Shown here piece by piece: positions 12,541 to 22,585 of a DNA stretch of 64,000 nucleotides. The position numbers were made by a program, and so were the translations under genes. The notes below the pieces were generated by a model. That model was not told the DNA's origin, did not search any database, and saw only the letters and a program-made list of their open reading frames with translations. The stretch covers positions 62,001 to 126,000 of IMG/VR virus record IMGVR_UViG_3300020179_000005. The stretch is one strand, 5' to 3'. The number at the start of each line of letters is the position of its first letter. The first letter of the stretch is position 1.

Positions 12541-13533
12541 TTATCTGACTGGTGTGCCAGTCCTATTGCCGGATCTTTTTCTTTTATTGGTGGTTGTTGT
12601 GGTTGTTGTGGTTGTTTCTTTTTCCTGGGGTGCTTCGATTGACGAATCAAACGTTATTTCATTCTTCTTGATAAATCCAAGATCAACTTCAGTATAGTAA
12701 AAGTCTCTAGCCATGAATTGATAATTCTCAACTATGGCCATTCCTCCAGTTGCGACTGCAGTAGACATTCTTAATAATTGAACTTCTTGAATTATTACTT
12801 TCATTGGTTTAACAAGACTACTTTGATTTGGTTTCACTAATCTTTCATTAACATCTGTAACAATCATTCTATCAAAATTATCTTTAATTATTTTATCTTC
12901 AGATTGAAGAAAATCTTTTGGCGAACTTGCAACCTCTTCTAATCCAAATACTATAACAAAATTAAATGGAGGATGTGCACTGAAAATATTTTTATTTGAA
13001 TCTATTATATTTTTAGAAAATGGATCATTGGTAATTCTATCTAATTGACTGTAGGCCCAATATTTGCCCACGTTTTTTTCATCTTCTACAGAAAATAAAT
13101 TATCTTTTTCTTTGCTATATTCTTCTTGTCTTAATTTTGATATTGGTCCAGCCGGATTTCTTTTTACAGATTTTGCTTGGATCATCCTTCTTTGTGTAGC
13201 CAATTCAATTAGTTCAGTCATTCTTCTTGGGTATCTTGTAAAAATGGTAAATTCACCGCTTATTATTCTTGTTCCATACATGACTGCGTCGTAATTGTAC
13301 GACCAAAATCCATACAGCGGTTGCTTTTCTTGACTCACTGAGTAAGCAATTCCGTTAAGGTCTAATTCATATTCTTCTTCAAAAAGACCATCTATATAAA
13401 CCTTAATATCTTCGCCGCTAAAAAAATAATCATAATAATTATTAAACTTTTTTTCATCTGAAGCCTTGCCAGACCAAGCCAAATCTATCTTTTCAGACAG
13501 TGGATCAAATGAATAACTTCTATCTTCAGGCAT
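12541..13533 (-). CDS. Tail tube-like paralog 3 (tube initiator or hub-like)
   Basis: Shares FSGEDI, YSVSQEKQP, GTRIISGEFTIFT, PPFN and YQFMAR motifs with the two adjacent tube-like genes; C-terminal Thr9 run. Confidence 0.6.
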   Translation of the reverse strand: MPEDRSYSFDPLSEKIDLAWSGKASDEKKFNNYYDYFFSGEDIKVYIDGLFEEEYELDLNGIAYSVSQEKQPLYGFWSYNYDAVMYGTRIISGEFTIFTRYPRRMTELIELATQRRMIQAKSVKRNPAGPISKLRQEEYSKEKDNLFSVEDEKNVGKYWAYSQLDRITNDPFSKNIIDSNKNIFSAHPPFNFVIVFGLEEVASSPKDFLQSEDKIIKDNFDRMIVTDVNERLVKPNQSSLVKPMKVIIQEVQLLRMSTAVATGGMAIVENYQFMARDFYYTEVDLGFIKKNEITFDSSIEAPQEKETTTTTTTTTNKRKRSGNRTGTPVR

Positions 13534-14239
13534 TGGGCTCTACTATGGTTTCGATAAAATTAGTATATAGAGTGGTTATGGCTGTACCGTCTGGAGAATC
13601 TCCAAATATATTTTTGTTTCTTTGAGCAGCTCTTTGAGCTTCTACTCCTCCGACTTTTGCAATTTCTTTTTCGTTAATCATTTTTGTTATTGGTTGTATT
13701 CCTCTGGCCATAAAAGTATAAGTTTGTTCAGTTAATATGTCATCTATTGACATTGTTTGACCTTCATCTACTATGGTAACACCAAAGATTTTCATTTTTG
13801 ATGCGCTTCCATATTCGTTAAAGAAAGTAAAAATTATATCAAAAGGAGGAAGCATGTCGGCTAGTGGAGCAAAAAATCCATTGGTTCTCGATACGTAGTT
13901 TTGATACTCTTGTATCTTATACCAAAAGTATTCGTTAAATACAGTAAATATTAAGGAACCCGCAATAGTCCTAGAGCCCTTTAAGAATCCCCTAACATTT
14001 GAATGTCCAACGGTTCTAATTGGAACATTTTCTCTGTGAACCGAATACGATACAGTTTGAAGATCCCCTATTTCTAAATAGGTTCCATTTCCTGGAGAAC
14101 CGCCAATTGGCGGCAGGATCATGGTGGCAACAATATCTGTTCCAGAGTATGAAATATTGTTGATAATTGAATATGCGCTTAAATCGCTATCTGCTGTATT
14201 AACTTCAGATATTTTGTTAGTATTTACTACTACTTCCAT
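13526..14239 (-). CDS. Tail tube-like paralog 2
   Basis: SYSGTDI, YSVHREN.P, GSRTIAGSLIFTVF, PPFDI..FFNEYG, SIDDILTEQTYTFMAR, collinear with the 238 aa ORF. Confidence 0.65.
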   Translation of the reverse strand: MEVVVNTNKISEVNTADSDLSAYSIINNISYSGTDIVATMILPPIGGSPGNGTYLEIGDLQTVSYSVHRENVPIRTVGHSNVRGFLKGSRTIAGSLIFTVFNEYFWYKIQEYQNYVSRTNGFFAPLADMLPPFDIIFTFFNEYGSASKMKIFGVTIVDEGQTMSIDDILTEQTYTFMARGIQPITKMINEKEIAKVGGVEAQRAAQRNKNIFGDSPDGTAITTLYTNFIETIVEPNA

Positions 14240-14250
14240 TAATTCTCCCT

Positions 14251-14295
14251 AAAAAAGTATGATGCACGAGAGCCCCTCACCCCCGTGCACCATAC
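14251..14295 (-). terminator. Rho-independent terminator after the major tail tube gene
   Basis: Minus strand GTATGGTGCACGGG...CTCGTGCATCATAC hairpin followed by TTTTTT. Confidence 0.8.
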
Positions 14296-14316
14296 CACTT
14301 AATTACTTATATTATA

Positions 14317-15033
14317 TTAAGGGCGAATAATCTCAACCGGCGTATTACCCTTAGGCAGTGTGTTGGCTGATGGACTTACAATATTGGCAAGTGTGTTGCC
14401 AGCTGTTTCTAGCTGAGTAGTTGCAATAGTGTACATCGGACCAAGCTCTCTAGCTACGTATGTCATTGTTTCTTCAATGACTATATCGTCCATTGATGCG
14501 CCAGAGCCCTCATTCAGTAATTCACATCCGTAAATTGATCTTACAGCTGCGTTGCCGTATTCATTAACAAATGTGATAGTTATGTCAAATGGGGGAATTT
14601 GGTCTGCGTAGTAAGGAACTTTCTTTTGAACGTCTCTAGTCCAAGTTTGCGAACCCTCGCCACCTTTACCTGGTATACCTCTTCCAATCGAATTGGCGTC
14701 GCCAGGAAGCGTGTTATGGGCCCTTGTATAAAAGTCCATTGGCTTACTCGATGAGTAATTTTTATCCAACATTGTGTAAAGAGCCGGACGATCAAAAACA
14801 GTAAATATCAAGGAACCGGCAATGCCGCGCTTACCCCTTGAAAATGATCTTGGGTTTGGTGAACCCATAGTGTATATCGGAGCTTTTTCTCTAGTTACAG
14901 AAAAAGTAATTCCCGAAAGAGCCCCTATCTCAACTCCACCAAAGGTCGCAACAATATCTGCTCCTGAGAATGTAGTATATGTGCTCAGGTATTTGTTAAC
15001 CTGACTTTCGTATGCTGGTGTTTGTCCTGCCAT
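14317..15033 (-). CDS. Major tail tube protein
   Basis: Directly after the sheath gene, has a GGAGG RBS and is followed by a terminator; motifs TFSGADI, REKAP, RGKRGIAGSLIFTVFD, PPFDITITFVNEYG. Confidence 0.75.
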   Translation of the reverse strand: MAGQTPAYESQVNKYLSTYTTFSGADIVATFGGVEIGALSGITFSVTREKAPIYTMGSPNPRSFSRGKRGIAGSLIFTVFDRPALYTMLDKNYSSSKPMDFYTRAHNTLPGDANSIGRGIPGKGGEGSQTWTRDVQKKVPYYADQIPPFDITITFVNEYGNAAVRSIYGCELLNEGSGASMDDIVIEETMTYVARELGPMYTIATTQLETAGNTLANIVSPSANTLPKGNTPVEIIRP

Positions 15034-15061
15034 TTTATTTTACCCTCCAATCGGTAATTGC

Positions 15062-16303
15062 TTATACGTTAATGGCTATTTGCACCTGGATTGTCTTTAA
15101 CTCAAACGCAGGTGTTAATACGAGGTCTACAATCGCCTTGTTTTCTGCTGGTATGTAAGTGATGTTGAAGTCACTTGTCAGCAAGGCACCTAATAGTTGC
15201 ATACCTCTTAATGCTGATGATATCGCCGTTTCCATTGAGTTTCTCATTTGGACGGTTGATGGTTCACCAACAAATTTTTGCGTAACTTGACGAACCAAAT
15301 TGGCCGCCTCATCTACGATTCTCTTGGTTGTCAAACGCGCATAGTCTGATCCGTTTGAAGCAAAGGTTGCACCTTCACCAAAAACAGCAATCTTGTTGAA
15401 GTTAATGACTATCGGATTGACGCCCTTTGTGCTCAAGGAATTCTGCTGTGTCCTTGTTGGATTATAGCGAACAGCGCTTATGTTAAACAGCGGCTTGTTC
15501 ACTATTGCCGAATAAGACGACAGACGAGAAATGCACGCTGCCGTAGAGGCTGCTCCATTTGCGTACCCAAAGTCTACTCCACCTGAAGAATAGCCGACAG
15601 GTTTCACTTCTGCTGCCACGACAACAAGATATGGTCCAAACAAACCAAAAGATGCGTTGTTCTTATCTGGCAGCGTGGGCAGTGACAAATGCGAAGATAT
15701 TTGAGCTGGTGTCATTACTTCTTTTGTTCCCTCACTAAATGGATGTACGCCCATAACTGCCATGCACGGATGTGTATTTTCTGAAATATCTTTAATTTTT
15801 ACTGCAACTTTATACGCCCAACTGTTAGCTACTGTCGCCGTACTATCTGCATGAAATGCATATTCATTTGAGTTTGGCGTCGAACCTGTGGTTGAATCCC
15901 AGTCAAGATCATTACTGCCCCTGCCCCAAGGAACTATAATATCTGGAATAACCGTTTCTGCCGCCGAGAATGCTGCATCAAATATATCTACCCCACCACT
16001 TGTGCAGGTGCCTGTAGTATGATTCCATGCGGTGTTGGATGGAAGCGCAACTAAGAATATTCTTTCTGCTCCGCCAGCTACCAATTCAAGAAAAGCCTTA
16101 TGAAGATCAGATCCATCTCCAAATGCGGCAATTACGTCTTTTTCTGAAGTTGCTTGAACGACGTCTAGGTCGCTTACATTGCCAGTTTCATTAGCTGTTG
16201 TTCTTCTAGCAATTGCAACTATTCTTGGACCTGATGGAACGTCTGTGCGAGAGACGCTGTAGAAGCGATCTCTAATTAGTGTTGTTACTCCTGGTATAGC
16301 CAT
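15062..16303 (-). CDS. Tail sheath protein
   Basis: N-terminal MAIPGV; sheath-like C-terminus (L..KGVNPI, RLTTKRIVD, KFVGEP, LTPAFELKTIQVQI); precedes the tube gene. Confidence 0.85.
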   Translation of the reverse strand: MAIPGVTTLIRDRFYSVSRTDVPSGPRIVAIARRTTANETGNVSDLDVVQATSEKDVIAAFGDGSDLHKAFLELVAGGAERIFLVALPSNTAWNHTTGTCTSGGVDIFDAAFSAAETVIPDIIVPWGRGSNDLDWDSTTGSTPNSNEYAFHADSTATVANSWAYKVAVKIKDISENTHPCMAVMGVHPFSEGTKEVMTPAQISSHLSLPTLPDKNNASFGLFGPYLVVVAAEVKPVGYSSGGVDFGYANGAASTAACISRLSSYSAIVNKPLFNISAVRYNPTRTQQNSLSTKGVNPIVINFNKIAVFGEGATFASNGSDYARLTTKRIVDEAANLVRQVTQKFVGEPSTVQMRNSMETAISSALRGMQLLGALLTSDFNITYIPAENKAIVDLVLTPAFELKTIQVQIAINV

Positions 16304-16352
16304 GTTCTTTTAAACCTCCGACTAGGATATAGGGCGTTATAAGTCTTCTTTT

Positions 16353-16358
16353 ATAGTA
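16353..16358 (-). promoter_or_regulatory. TACTAT box (putative late -10 element) upstream of the sheath gene; representative of ~14 intergenic copies
   Basis: The same hexamer occurs at 20100, 20116, 20423, 21704, 23824, 27070, 30844, 34833, 37271, 42130, 47646, 51237 and 53978, each upstream of a minus-strand start. Confidence 0.65.
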
Positions 16359-16420
16359 ACGAGAAGGTCATAAAAATAACTCAAGAAAGAAAATTATAAT
16401 ATAGTTTTATACGGCTATTA

Positions 16421-17218
16421 TTAAGCGTTTGGCGTTGCGTCGAAATGAAGGTCAGTAAGGTTTATGGTAGTCCCATCATAATTTGGGGTAGCCATATGTT
16501 TCAAAAGGGCCGATTCATATGCCATTGCCATTCTAATATCCAAAGATAGACTTTCAACTTTGCCGGCTTGAGCAGCAAAGGTTTTTTCTGTAGTTAGCAT
16601 GTAGGTTACGGTTCTTTTGTGGAGGTCTTTTTGATCTCTATTTACCTCAGAATCAGATAACCTTCTAGCATAAGTTAATTCTGAAGCTCCAATTTTTTTA
16701 AAGATAGGAGTATACTCAAGCATAAAATCCTCAAATGTCTCAATTAAAGATTCAACTAAATACGAGTTATCTTGATCATCAGATATTAAATTTGTTGAAT
16801 CCCCCATTCTTTTGCCGACTGGAGAAACAGCGCTAAACGCAATGATATTTTGAAATCTTTGTCCGTATATGTATACTTCATTATTGGTTATTCTTCTCAT
16901 TCTAGGTTTTGGTTCTACGGAATGCGCTTTTCTTAATTCTAAAGAAAAGGTTATTATAGCGTCAGTTTGCTCATATCTTCCAATAACATTTCCTGTTTCT
17001 GGATCAACATAATTTTTATTAAACCATGTAAATGAAGGCTCGGTACTGGCGGACGGTTTTACTGGATAATTAGGAAATGACTCTTCCCACATAGTCTTTA
17101 AAACTGATATGAACTCCAAATAAGATAAATTTCCTTCAGCTTGTAGGGGTTCTGCAAATTTAGCTTTATGATATGAATCTGTTTGACCAAATTTAGGCCA
17201 TGTTACTGGAAAAGGCAT
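16421..17218 (-). CDS. Putative tail completion/terminator protein
   Basis: Synteny between neck genes and the sheath; no diagnostic motif. Confidence 0.4.
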   Translation of the reverse strand: MPFPVTWPKFGQTDSYHKAKFAEPLQAEGNLSYLEFISVLKTMWEESFPNYPVKPSASTEPSFTWFNKNYVDPETGNVIGRYEQTDAIITFSLELRKAHSVEPKPRMRRITNNEVYIYGQRFQNIIAFSAVSPVGKRMGDSTNLISDDQDNSYLVESLIETFEDFMLEYTPIFKKIGASELTYARRLSDSEVNRDQKDLHKRTVTYMLTTEKTFAAQAGKVESLSLDIRMAMAYESALLKHMATPNYDGTTINLTDLHFDATPNA

Positions 17219-17219
17219 T

Positions 17220-18812
17220 CTATGCTCCCGGACCCGCTGCTAATGATAGATTAATTTTTTTCAAACCCAAAGAAGATATTAAGTTAATATGTAGTATTAT
17301 TTTTCCAAAATCTTTATCATCTGGTTGAGCTTTAAATTCAAAATCCAATATACTTTTATCTTTCTTAAGATTTGTCAAGAGACTAGTAACAGAAGATATT
17401 ACCCTATCGTACCCAAATTTGCCAACTGCTTGATAACCCAAATTATTAACCGAATTTGCAATATAGGCAACCAGTCTTAATTGAGGAAGTTTATTATAAA
17501 CCGAATTGTTTGATGCTAAAGTAAAATCATCAGTTAGATATACCTCGTATGCCTTACCAATTCTTGCTTTGTGATTTCTGTATATGGTATTTATGCCAAG
17601 TGTTTCAATTCTTGCCATTTCTGGAGAAGTAAAATTGGAGCCGTACAGAGAAAATGCTCCAGGTATTTTTTTTCTTATCATACCCATATTTAGCGGATTT
17701 TGAGAAATCATTCCAGCGACCGCGGCTGAAACAGAATTAGTATACGAAATATCTATTTGAGGATGAGAAAAAACTGCTTCTCCATAGATGGGCACAACGT
17801 ATCTTCCTTTGTCTGAAGTTATTTGACCTACAGAAGTTACCGTCATTTTATTGACCAAAACCGTATTTGATTCCATTATAGAAATATCTTGAGATGAAAT
17901 TCCGTCACTCTTAGATCCAATAACTCCTATTTGGACATTTCCAGTTTGATTATGAAAATCATCTAAGTAGTTCGCTAATTGTGTTATAAAATCAACTCCA
18001 TTAGTGTATATTATAGATGCTTCCAGCGGAACAATTATATCTATAAAATCTAACTCAGATAAACAAGAATAGGTCTCAGAAAGTCTTTCGTAATATTTTT
18101 GATAGAATGTTTGATAGATAGGAGTTGCACTTTCTAAATTGAAATAAGAAACTGGGACTATTCTTTCTTCTATGTCCTCAATATATTCCAACATTGGGGC
18201 AGATGCGCATATAAAAATATTTTTTGCTCCAGCGCCATAGCAGTCAAAAACACCCCTTAAAAGAGGACTATCGTAATCCCCGAGAAGCAAATCTATTGCG
18301 TGTTGAACGGATCTTATCTTTATGGGAGAATTTAATTCTATTCCGTCACCATGTCCGACCAAAAGAACAGACTCCATGTCTGTGGCGTTTAGATCTTCGT
18401 ATGATGGGTTGAAGTTTATTCTTGAAGATCTGTTACCCAATGGAACGGTAGGGAATGGTTCATTGTCTTTTTCTTTTACCTGAAATCTAGATTCTATTAC
18501 TATTGCTTCATCTTGTTTAAAAGTAGTTGCAATGACCGTATATATGCCTGGAAATATATTATTTGGAATTTTATAGTTAAAAGAAAATTCTCCATTATTT
18601 TTTTTCTCTATGTAAATATTTGGATCTGGAGTTGCATTACTAAAAAGATATGAAATAGGATTTAATATTACCGAAGAGGCAACGTTTGCTCCTCTTGATA
18701 TGCCAACTAAAACGTCAACCGGTGTAGCTTGGTTGGTTGGATCGTAGACGTCACCATCATGCACAAAAATAAAATTGACCTTGATTTTACTGCCTGGTGT
18801 ACTTACTATCAT
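17220..18812 (-). CDS. Second sheath-like protein with an N-terminal Ig-like extension
   Basis: C-terminal ~380 aa parallels the sheath (GAKNIF vs GAERIF, DIIVP in both, LGINTI, LPQLRLV, LGLKKINLSL). Confidence 0.65.
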   Translation of the reverse strand: MIVSTPGSKIKVNFIFVHDGDVYDPTNQATPVDVLVGISRGANVASSVILNPISYLFSNATPDPNIYIEKKNNGEFSFNYKIPNNIFPGIYTVIATTFKQDEAIVIESRFQVKEKDNEPFPTVPLGNRSSRINFNPSYEDLNATDMESVLLVGHGDGIELNSPIKIRSVQHAIDLLLGDYDSPLLRGVFDCYGAGAKNIFICASAPMLEYIEDIEERIVPVSYFNLESATPIYQTFYQKYYERLSETYSCLSELDFIDIIVPLEASIIYTNGVDFITQLANYLDDFHNQTGNVQIGVIGSKSDGISSQDISIMESNTVLVNKMTVTSVGQITSDKGRYVVPIYGEAVFSHPQIDISYTNSVSAAVAGMISQNPLNMGMIRKKIPGAFSLYGSNFTSPEMARIETLGINTIYRNHKARIGKAYEVYLTDDFTLASNNSVYNKLPQLRLVAYIANSVNNLGYQAVGKFGYDRVISSVTSLLTNLKKDKSILDFEFKAQPDDKDFGKIILHINLISSLGLKKINLSLAAGPGA

Positions 18813-19187
18813 TTATTTTATCTTTTCTTTGGTGGCTCCAACAGTCCAGTAAACGATTTTGCCGCCCCTACCTCTTCGAGGAGAACATGCATCGATTGTG
18901 TATATAGTTTGTTGATTGAAATTATTTGGAAGCTTTTCATATATTCTATCACCCTCTTTGGGGTTTACCGAAGCTTCAAAGAAGTAAACTACTTCTGAAT
19001 TAGCAGCTATTCCTTCTTCTAATTCTTGAGACAATTGGGCGTTGGTGTTCCCTGCTGCATATATGTTTCTTGTTGTTACTTTTTCTAAACTGTTTTTATA
19101 GTTTCCATTTGCCATAATTCTTTGTATAAAAACATCGTGACCCCAATTAGACAAAGTTTTTTTAAAAACCTTTTCTAAATTAATCAT
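18813..19187 (-). CDS. Putative head-closure (stopper) protein
   Basis: 124 aa in the neck position with a PKEGDRI beta-barrel-like motif. Confidence 0.5.
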   Translation of the reverse strand: MINLEKVFKKTLSNWGHDVFIQRIMANGNYKNSLEKVTTRNIYAAGNTNAQLSQELEEGIAANSEVVYFFEASVNPKEGDRIYEKLPNNFNQQTIYTIDACSPRRGRGGKIVYWTVGATKEKIK

Positions 19188-20085
19188 GATTTCTTATGCC
19201 TCTTTTAGGCATAGGATCTTCTTTTGGAGAAATTTTTTTGCCAGGGCCGTATAGTTCTCTATCGGAAAGATAATATACTTTTCCTGTTTCTGGATCTATA
19301 TTTTTACCAGAAGTTCCTATGGATTCTGTTGGAAGTCCCCTTGGCACCATGCCTTTAGGTCCGGTTTTACCGGCCAACATTTCTTTCCTAAGTGCTGCCG
19401 CGATTTGACACCATGTTGTCGCATTTCCCCTGGTTATTTCTGATCTAGGAAGATTTCTAGTAGTTACCGTAAGATCACCAAGTTGAACCGAAACATCATC
19501 GTCTCCACCATACGAGTATGTTCTACTCAAATCGCAGGCAGTTGCTGCTTTTATATATTCTAGTGCCGTATGAGGAAGCTTTTCTCCAGTTGCATCGTTG
19601 TTAAGGGAATAAATTGATTTAATTTCTAGGGAATAATTATATATTGCTTCTCCTATTTCTAGAAGCGGAGCTTCCGGAAAGTAAGCCTTAAGTTGTTCAG
19701 GATCTAAATACAAAGGACTTATATCTGGAGCAAAGGTTATTATTTCATCTGTTTTCAAAGTTATAGTTGGCTTATATTCATCCGTGGACGTGCTTACATA
19801 TAATTGCTGATTTACGGTTATTGAAGTTCCACCAGACAAATTTCCAACAAATGTAATTTTATAGGTATCTGCTACAGATGGAACAAAATCATAGTAATAT
19901 TCTGAATCAGATATTTTACCTGATGTGGTAATACTTTCGGTAACAACTATCGTGTTATCTGATTTTTTTATAGTTACCACTACCGCAGTTGGGGTAACCG
20001 GCACTTGAGCACCGGTGGACGGATTTGTATCTACAAATTTAACTTTAATTCTTACGGTGTCATTGACCAAAACGCTAGTAGCCAC
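19180..20085 (-). CDS. Putative head-tail adaptor with N-terminal Ig-like domain (likely GTG start at 20085)
   Basis: GGAG RBS precedes the GTG at 20085; adaptor-like VSVQLGDLTV motif; neck position. Confidence 0.5.
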   Translation of the reverse strand: MATSVLVNDTVRIKVKFVDTNPSTGAQVPVTPTAVVVTIKKSDNTIVVTESITTSGKISDSEYYYDFVPSVADTYKITFVGNLSGGTSITVNQQLYVSTSTDEYKPTITLKTDEIITFAPDISPLYLDPEQLKAYFPEAPLLEIGEAIYNYSLEIKSIYSLNNDATGEKLPHTALEYIKAATACDLSRTYSYGGDDDVSVQLGDLTVTTRNLPRSEITRGNATTWCQIAAALRKEMLAGKTGPKGMVPRGLPTESIGTSGKNIDPETGKVYYLSDRELYGPGKKISPKEDPMPKRGIRNHD

Positions 20086-20128
20086 AGTGTCTCCATGCAA
20101 TAGTAATATACGTATATAGTAGCTATTA

Positions 20129-20416
20129 TTAAATTAATATAGATATTTCACTATCATTATTTATTGATATCGATTGCACTGAAGATAGAGCAAATACATC
20201 TTCATCTAAAACTTCAACCGTTACGTAACCGGACGGACTTACTTCCATTGACAAGACTGCAATTGTTGTATAGTTTGAATAGTCTTCTTGGCCACCAATT
20301 AAAATTGTAATATTATTTAATATTATTGGAGAAGAAAGACTCGGGGCATAGATAACCAAAGTGCCCAAATAAGAATAATTTGGTTGGCTATAGGTTATTG
20401 TATCGTTATACAGCAT
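20129..20416 (-). CDS. Hypothetical protein (95 aa)
   Basis: Compact ORF in the operon; TACTAT box 6 nt upstream of the ATG. Confidence 0.6.
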   Translation of the reverse strand: MLYNDTITYSQPNYSYLGTLVIYAPSLSSPIILNNITILIGGQEDYSNYTTIAVLSMEVSPSGYVTVEVLDEDVFALSSVQSISINNDSEISILI

Positions 20417-20428
20417 AAGTATATAGTA

Positions 20429-21214
20429 CTAAATAAGTTGTTTTTGAATAAGTTTTAAAATTCTTTCTTTAGATTGAGACTGTTTAAAAACATTATATCG
20501 GTCTGATAATTTTGCAAATCTTCTATGAGGCGACACTTTGAGTAGGGACTGCATAAGTCTTTCCAATTCTTTATTCATAATAAATTTTTTAAAAATTATC
20601 TTCTTTTTTGTATCAAAATGAATATAGCAAAGCGCTTCATTCGCAGAAACTTTTAATTCATTTACTCCTGGCCATAATTGGAACTCAGTATTCATAGGCC
20701 TAAACCACTTAGCGATATCAAACCTACCTGGAACTACAACGCCATATTCACTACTGGATACTTTTTCAAAATATGGTGGAGAAAGAGTTGACATCATGCT
20801 ATCTTCTTCGGAAAAGAAAATAATTGGCCATGTAAACTGGATCAAATTATGGTCCTTAAGCGTTGGTTCACGCATGAACTTTAATTGTACTTTTGGTTTA
20901 CTTTCATCTAATTGACTTTTAACAAAGTAATTATAACTTTTTTTCTTAAAATCTAAATTAACATGAACATCTAATGGAATTCTATGAACAAAAGTATTTT
21001 TTGCTAAATCAGAAAACGCTGGGCAACGTAAAAAGTCATTTATATTATTTTTAAGATCAGTTTTGTTTATAACAACTTCTTCATACAATGATTTAACTTC
21101 TAAATACATATGATTGAAGTCATAAATTTCACTAGTTGAAATTGCAGGTGCCCAATAAATAACTGTTTCTAATTTTTCTTTATTGTTCATAAATATATTA
21201 TTACCACTTGCCAA
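20429..21214 (-). CDS. Hypothetical protein (261 aa)
   Basis: Long, very AT-rich ORF; no motif I can assign. Confidence 0.6.
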   Translation of the reverse strand: MASGNNIFMNNKEKLETVIYWAPAISTSEIYDFNHMYLEVKSLYEEVVINKTDLKNNINDFLRCPAFSDLAKNTFVHRIPLDVHVNLDFKKKSYNYFVKSQLDESKPKVQLKFMREPTLKDHNLIQFTWPIIFFSEEDSMMSTLSPPYFEKVSSSEYGVVVPGRFDIAKWFRPMNTEFQLWPGVNELKVSANEALCYIHFDTKKKIIFKKFIMNKELERLMQSLLKVSPHRRFAKLSDRYNVFKQSQSKERILKLIQKQLI

Positions 21215-21365
21215 GTGGGCAAACCGCAGATTTAATTCTCGTTTTCACTCTCATAAAACAACCACACTCTTTACACTGCGTAGTTGGCTTAAACAATCTT
21301 GGACACTCTTTACAGATTTTTAAACGAGCTTGGTAGTATTTATCGTCCGTTACTTCTTCACTCAT
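21201..21365 (-). CDS. Small Cys-rich putative metal-binding protein (54 aa; likely start MSEEV at 21365)
   Basis: RLKICKECP...QCKECGCFM..K....SAVCPLGKW; the ATG overlaps the end of the upstream gene. Confidence 0.7.
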   Translation of the reverse strand: MSEEVTDDKYYQARLKICKECPRLFKPTTQCKECGCFMRVKTRIKSAVCPLGKW

Positions 21366-21675
21366 CGTCTTCAAGCCCCTCAAGAGCACTGAGGAATTGT
21401 GCAAATCGAATGTTCTTGAACATCCAAAATTGGTGGTAGGCAGCCATGTAAGCATACACCTTGCCAGAAGGCGGATTTAGCCCTAAAGAAAATCCTTCTG
21501 TATACAAATCAAACGCGCTCTTAAGTTCGTCTGTAATGTGGTTGAGAATTATATTGAATCTCTCGCCGTCTTCTTGGCATACCTCGATCATTGAATCCTC
21601 GCTTGTCAGGGCAATGAACTGTCCATTGTTGATGATTATCGGGCCGATATCTGTTGCTTGAATTTCAAATGACAT
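21358..21675 (-). CDS. Hypothetical protein (likely start MSFEI at 21675)
   Basis: ORF preceded by a GCAGG RBS-like sequence and a TACTAT box. Confidence 0.55.
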   Translation of the reverse strand: MSFEIQATDIGPIIINNGQFIALTSEDSMIEVCQEDGERFNIILNHITDELKSAFDLYTEGFSLGLNPPSGKVYAYMAAYHQFWMFKNIRFAQFLSALEGLEDDE

Positions 21676-21736
21676 AATTAAACCTGCTTTCAATAGTTAC
21701 AATATAGTATAGCATAACATATATATCTATTTGCTA

Positions 21737-22039
21737 CTATTGCTGAGAAAATACTCCAGTTTCACTGTTATAACCCCAACCTTTTTTAACCACGTTTTTC
21801 TGTTCTGGCGTCAATTTGATGACTATTGGGTTTGAAGAAAAGGTGTCTATGTAATGTTGCATACCGCTCTTATTGGCGATGAAGATTTCTCCCACATTTC
21901 CCCCGACGACGAATGCAAAGAACTCATATCCAGCCGGGCTGATTTCTGGATTATTCAATAAGATCTCGCTGAAAAAGGCTTCCCTTTCCTCTGATGTCAT
22001 TTCATTAAAATCTGAACTACTAGGCGTTATTGGTAACAT
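21737..22039 (-). CDS. Hypothetical small partner protein
   Basis: Ends GWGYNSETGVF, like the GWSYD/GYTFN C-termini of the small genes paired with the Gly-rich proteins. Confidence 0.6.
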   Translation of the reverse strand: MLPITPSSSDFNEMTSEEREAFFSEILLNNPEISPAGYEFFAFVVGGNVGEIFIANKSGMQHYIDTFSSNPIVIKLTPEQKNVVKKGWGYNSETGVFSQQ

Positions 22040-22097
22040 ATGTATCCTATCCTTTTTTTTGATCTTGTATAGAAAATATTGAATTCATATTTTTTAT

Positions 22098-22562
22098 TTA
22101 ACTAAAAGTTGCATTATATGTAGCAGGATAAACACACGTAGATCCGCTGACAGTCGCAATGCTCGTATTTACTGGGCATGAGTATGTAGTTACGTTCACG
22201 TTTATGAAATACGGCTGGTAACAACCGCCACCGCCGTTGCCGAGGGGTACCCAGCTGGGGCTATAGCATAGACAAGAGACGTCAAAGCAGCCTATGCAGT
22301 TCTGAAACGGGCACGCATTGCACCAGCAGCAACCAGCACCTGGGCTGCTACCCCATGCCCCCCCACCACTATAGCACCCAGGTCCTTGCTGTTGCTGTGA
22401 GGTGGTTCCCGTCGCCGCGTAGTTGGCTGGATAATAGCACTTGTTATCTGCTGGATTAAAGGTAACAATATTGGTATGGGTGAGGCATTTAAAGCCTCCG
22501 AGCTTTACTCTTCTACCTGCACCAAGTGGTCCGATAGATCTTATGCTATTGTAAAATGGCAT
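22098..22562 (-). CDS. Cys-rich putative appendage protein
   Basis: 154 aa with a dense Cys cluster (GCCWCNACPFQNCIGCFDVSCLCY) flanked by repeated C.YPA.Y.AT. Confidence 0.65.
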   Translation of the reverse strand: MPFYNSIRSIGPLGAGRRVKLGGFKCLTHTNIVTFNPADNKCYYPANYAATGTTSQQQQGPGCYSGGGAWGSSPGAGCCWCNACPFQNCIGCFDVSCLCYSPSWVPLGNGGGGCYQPYFINVNVTTYSCPVNTSIATVSGSTCVYPATYNATFS

Positions 22563-22585
22563 TGTTTTTCCTTTGGCTCGCTGGA

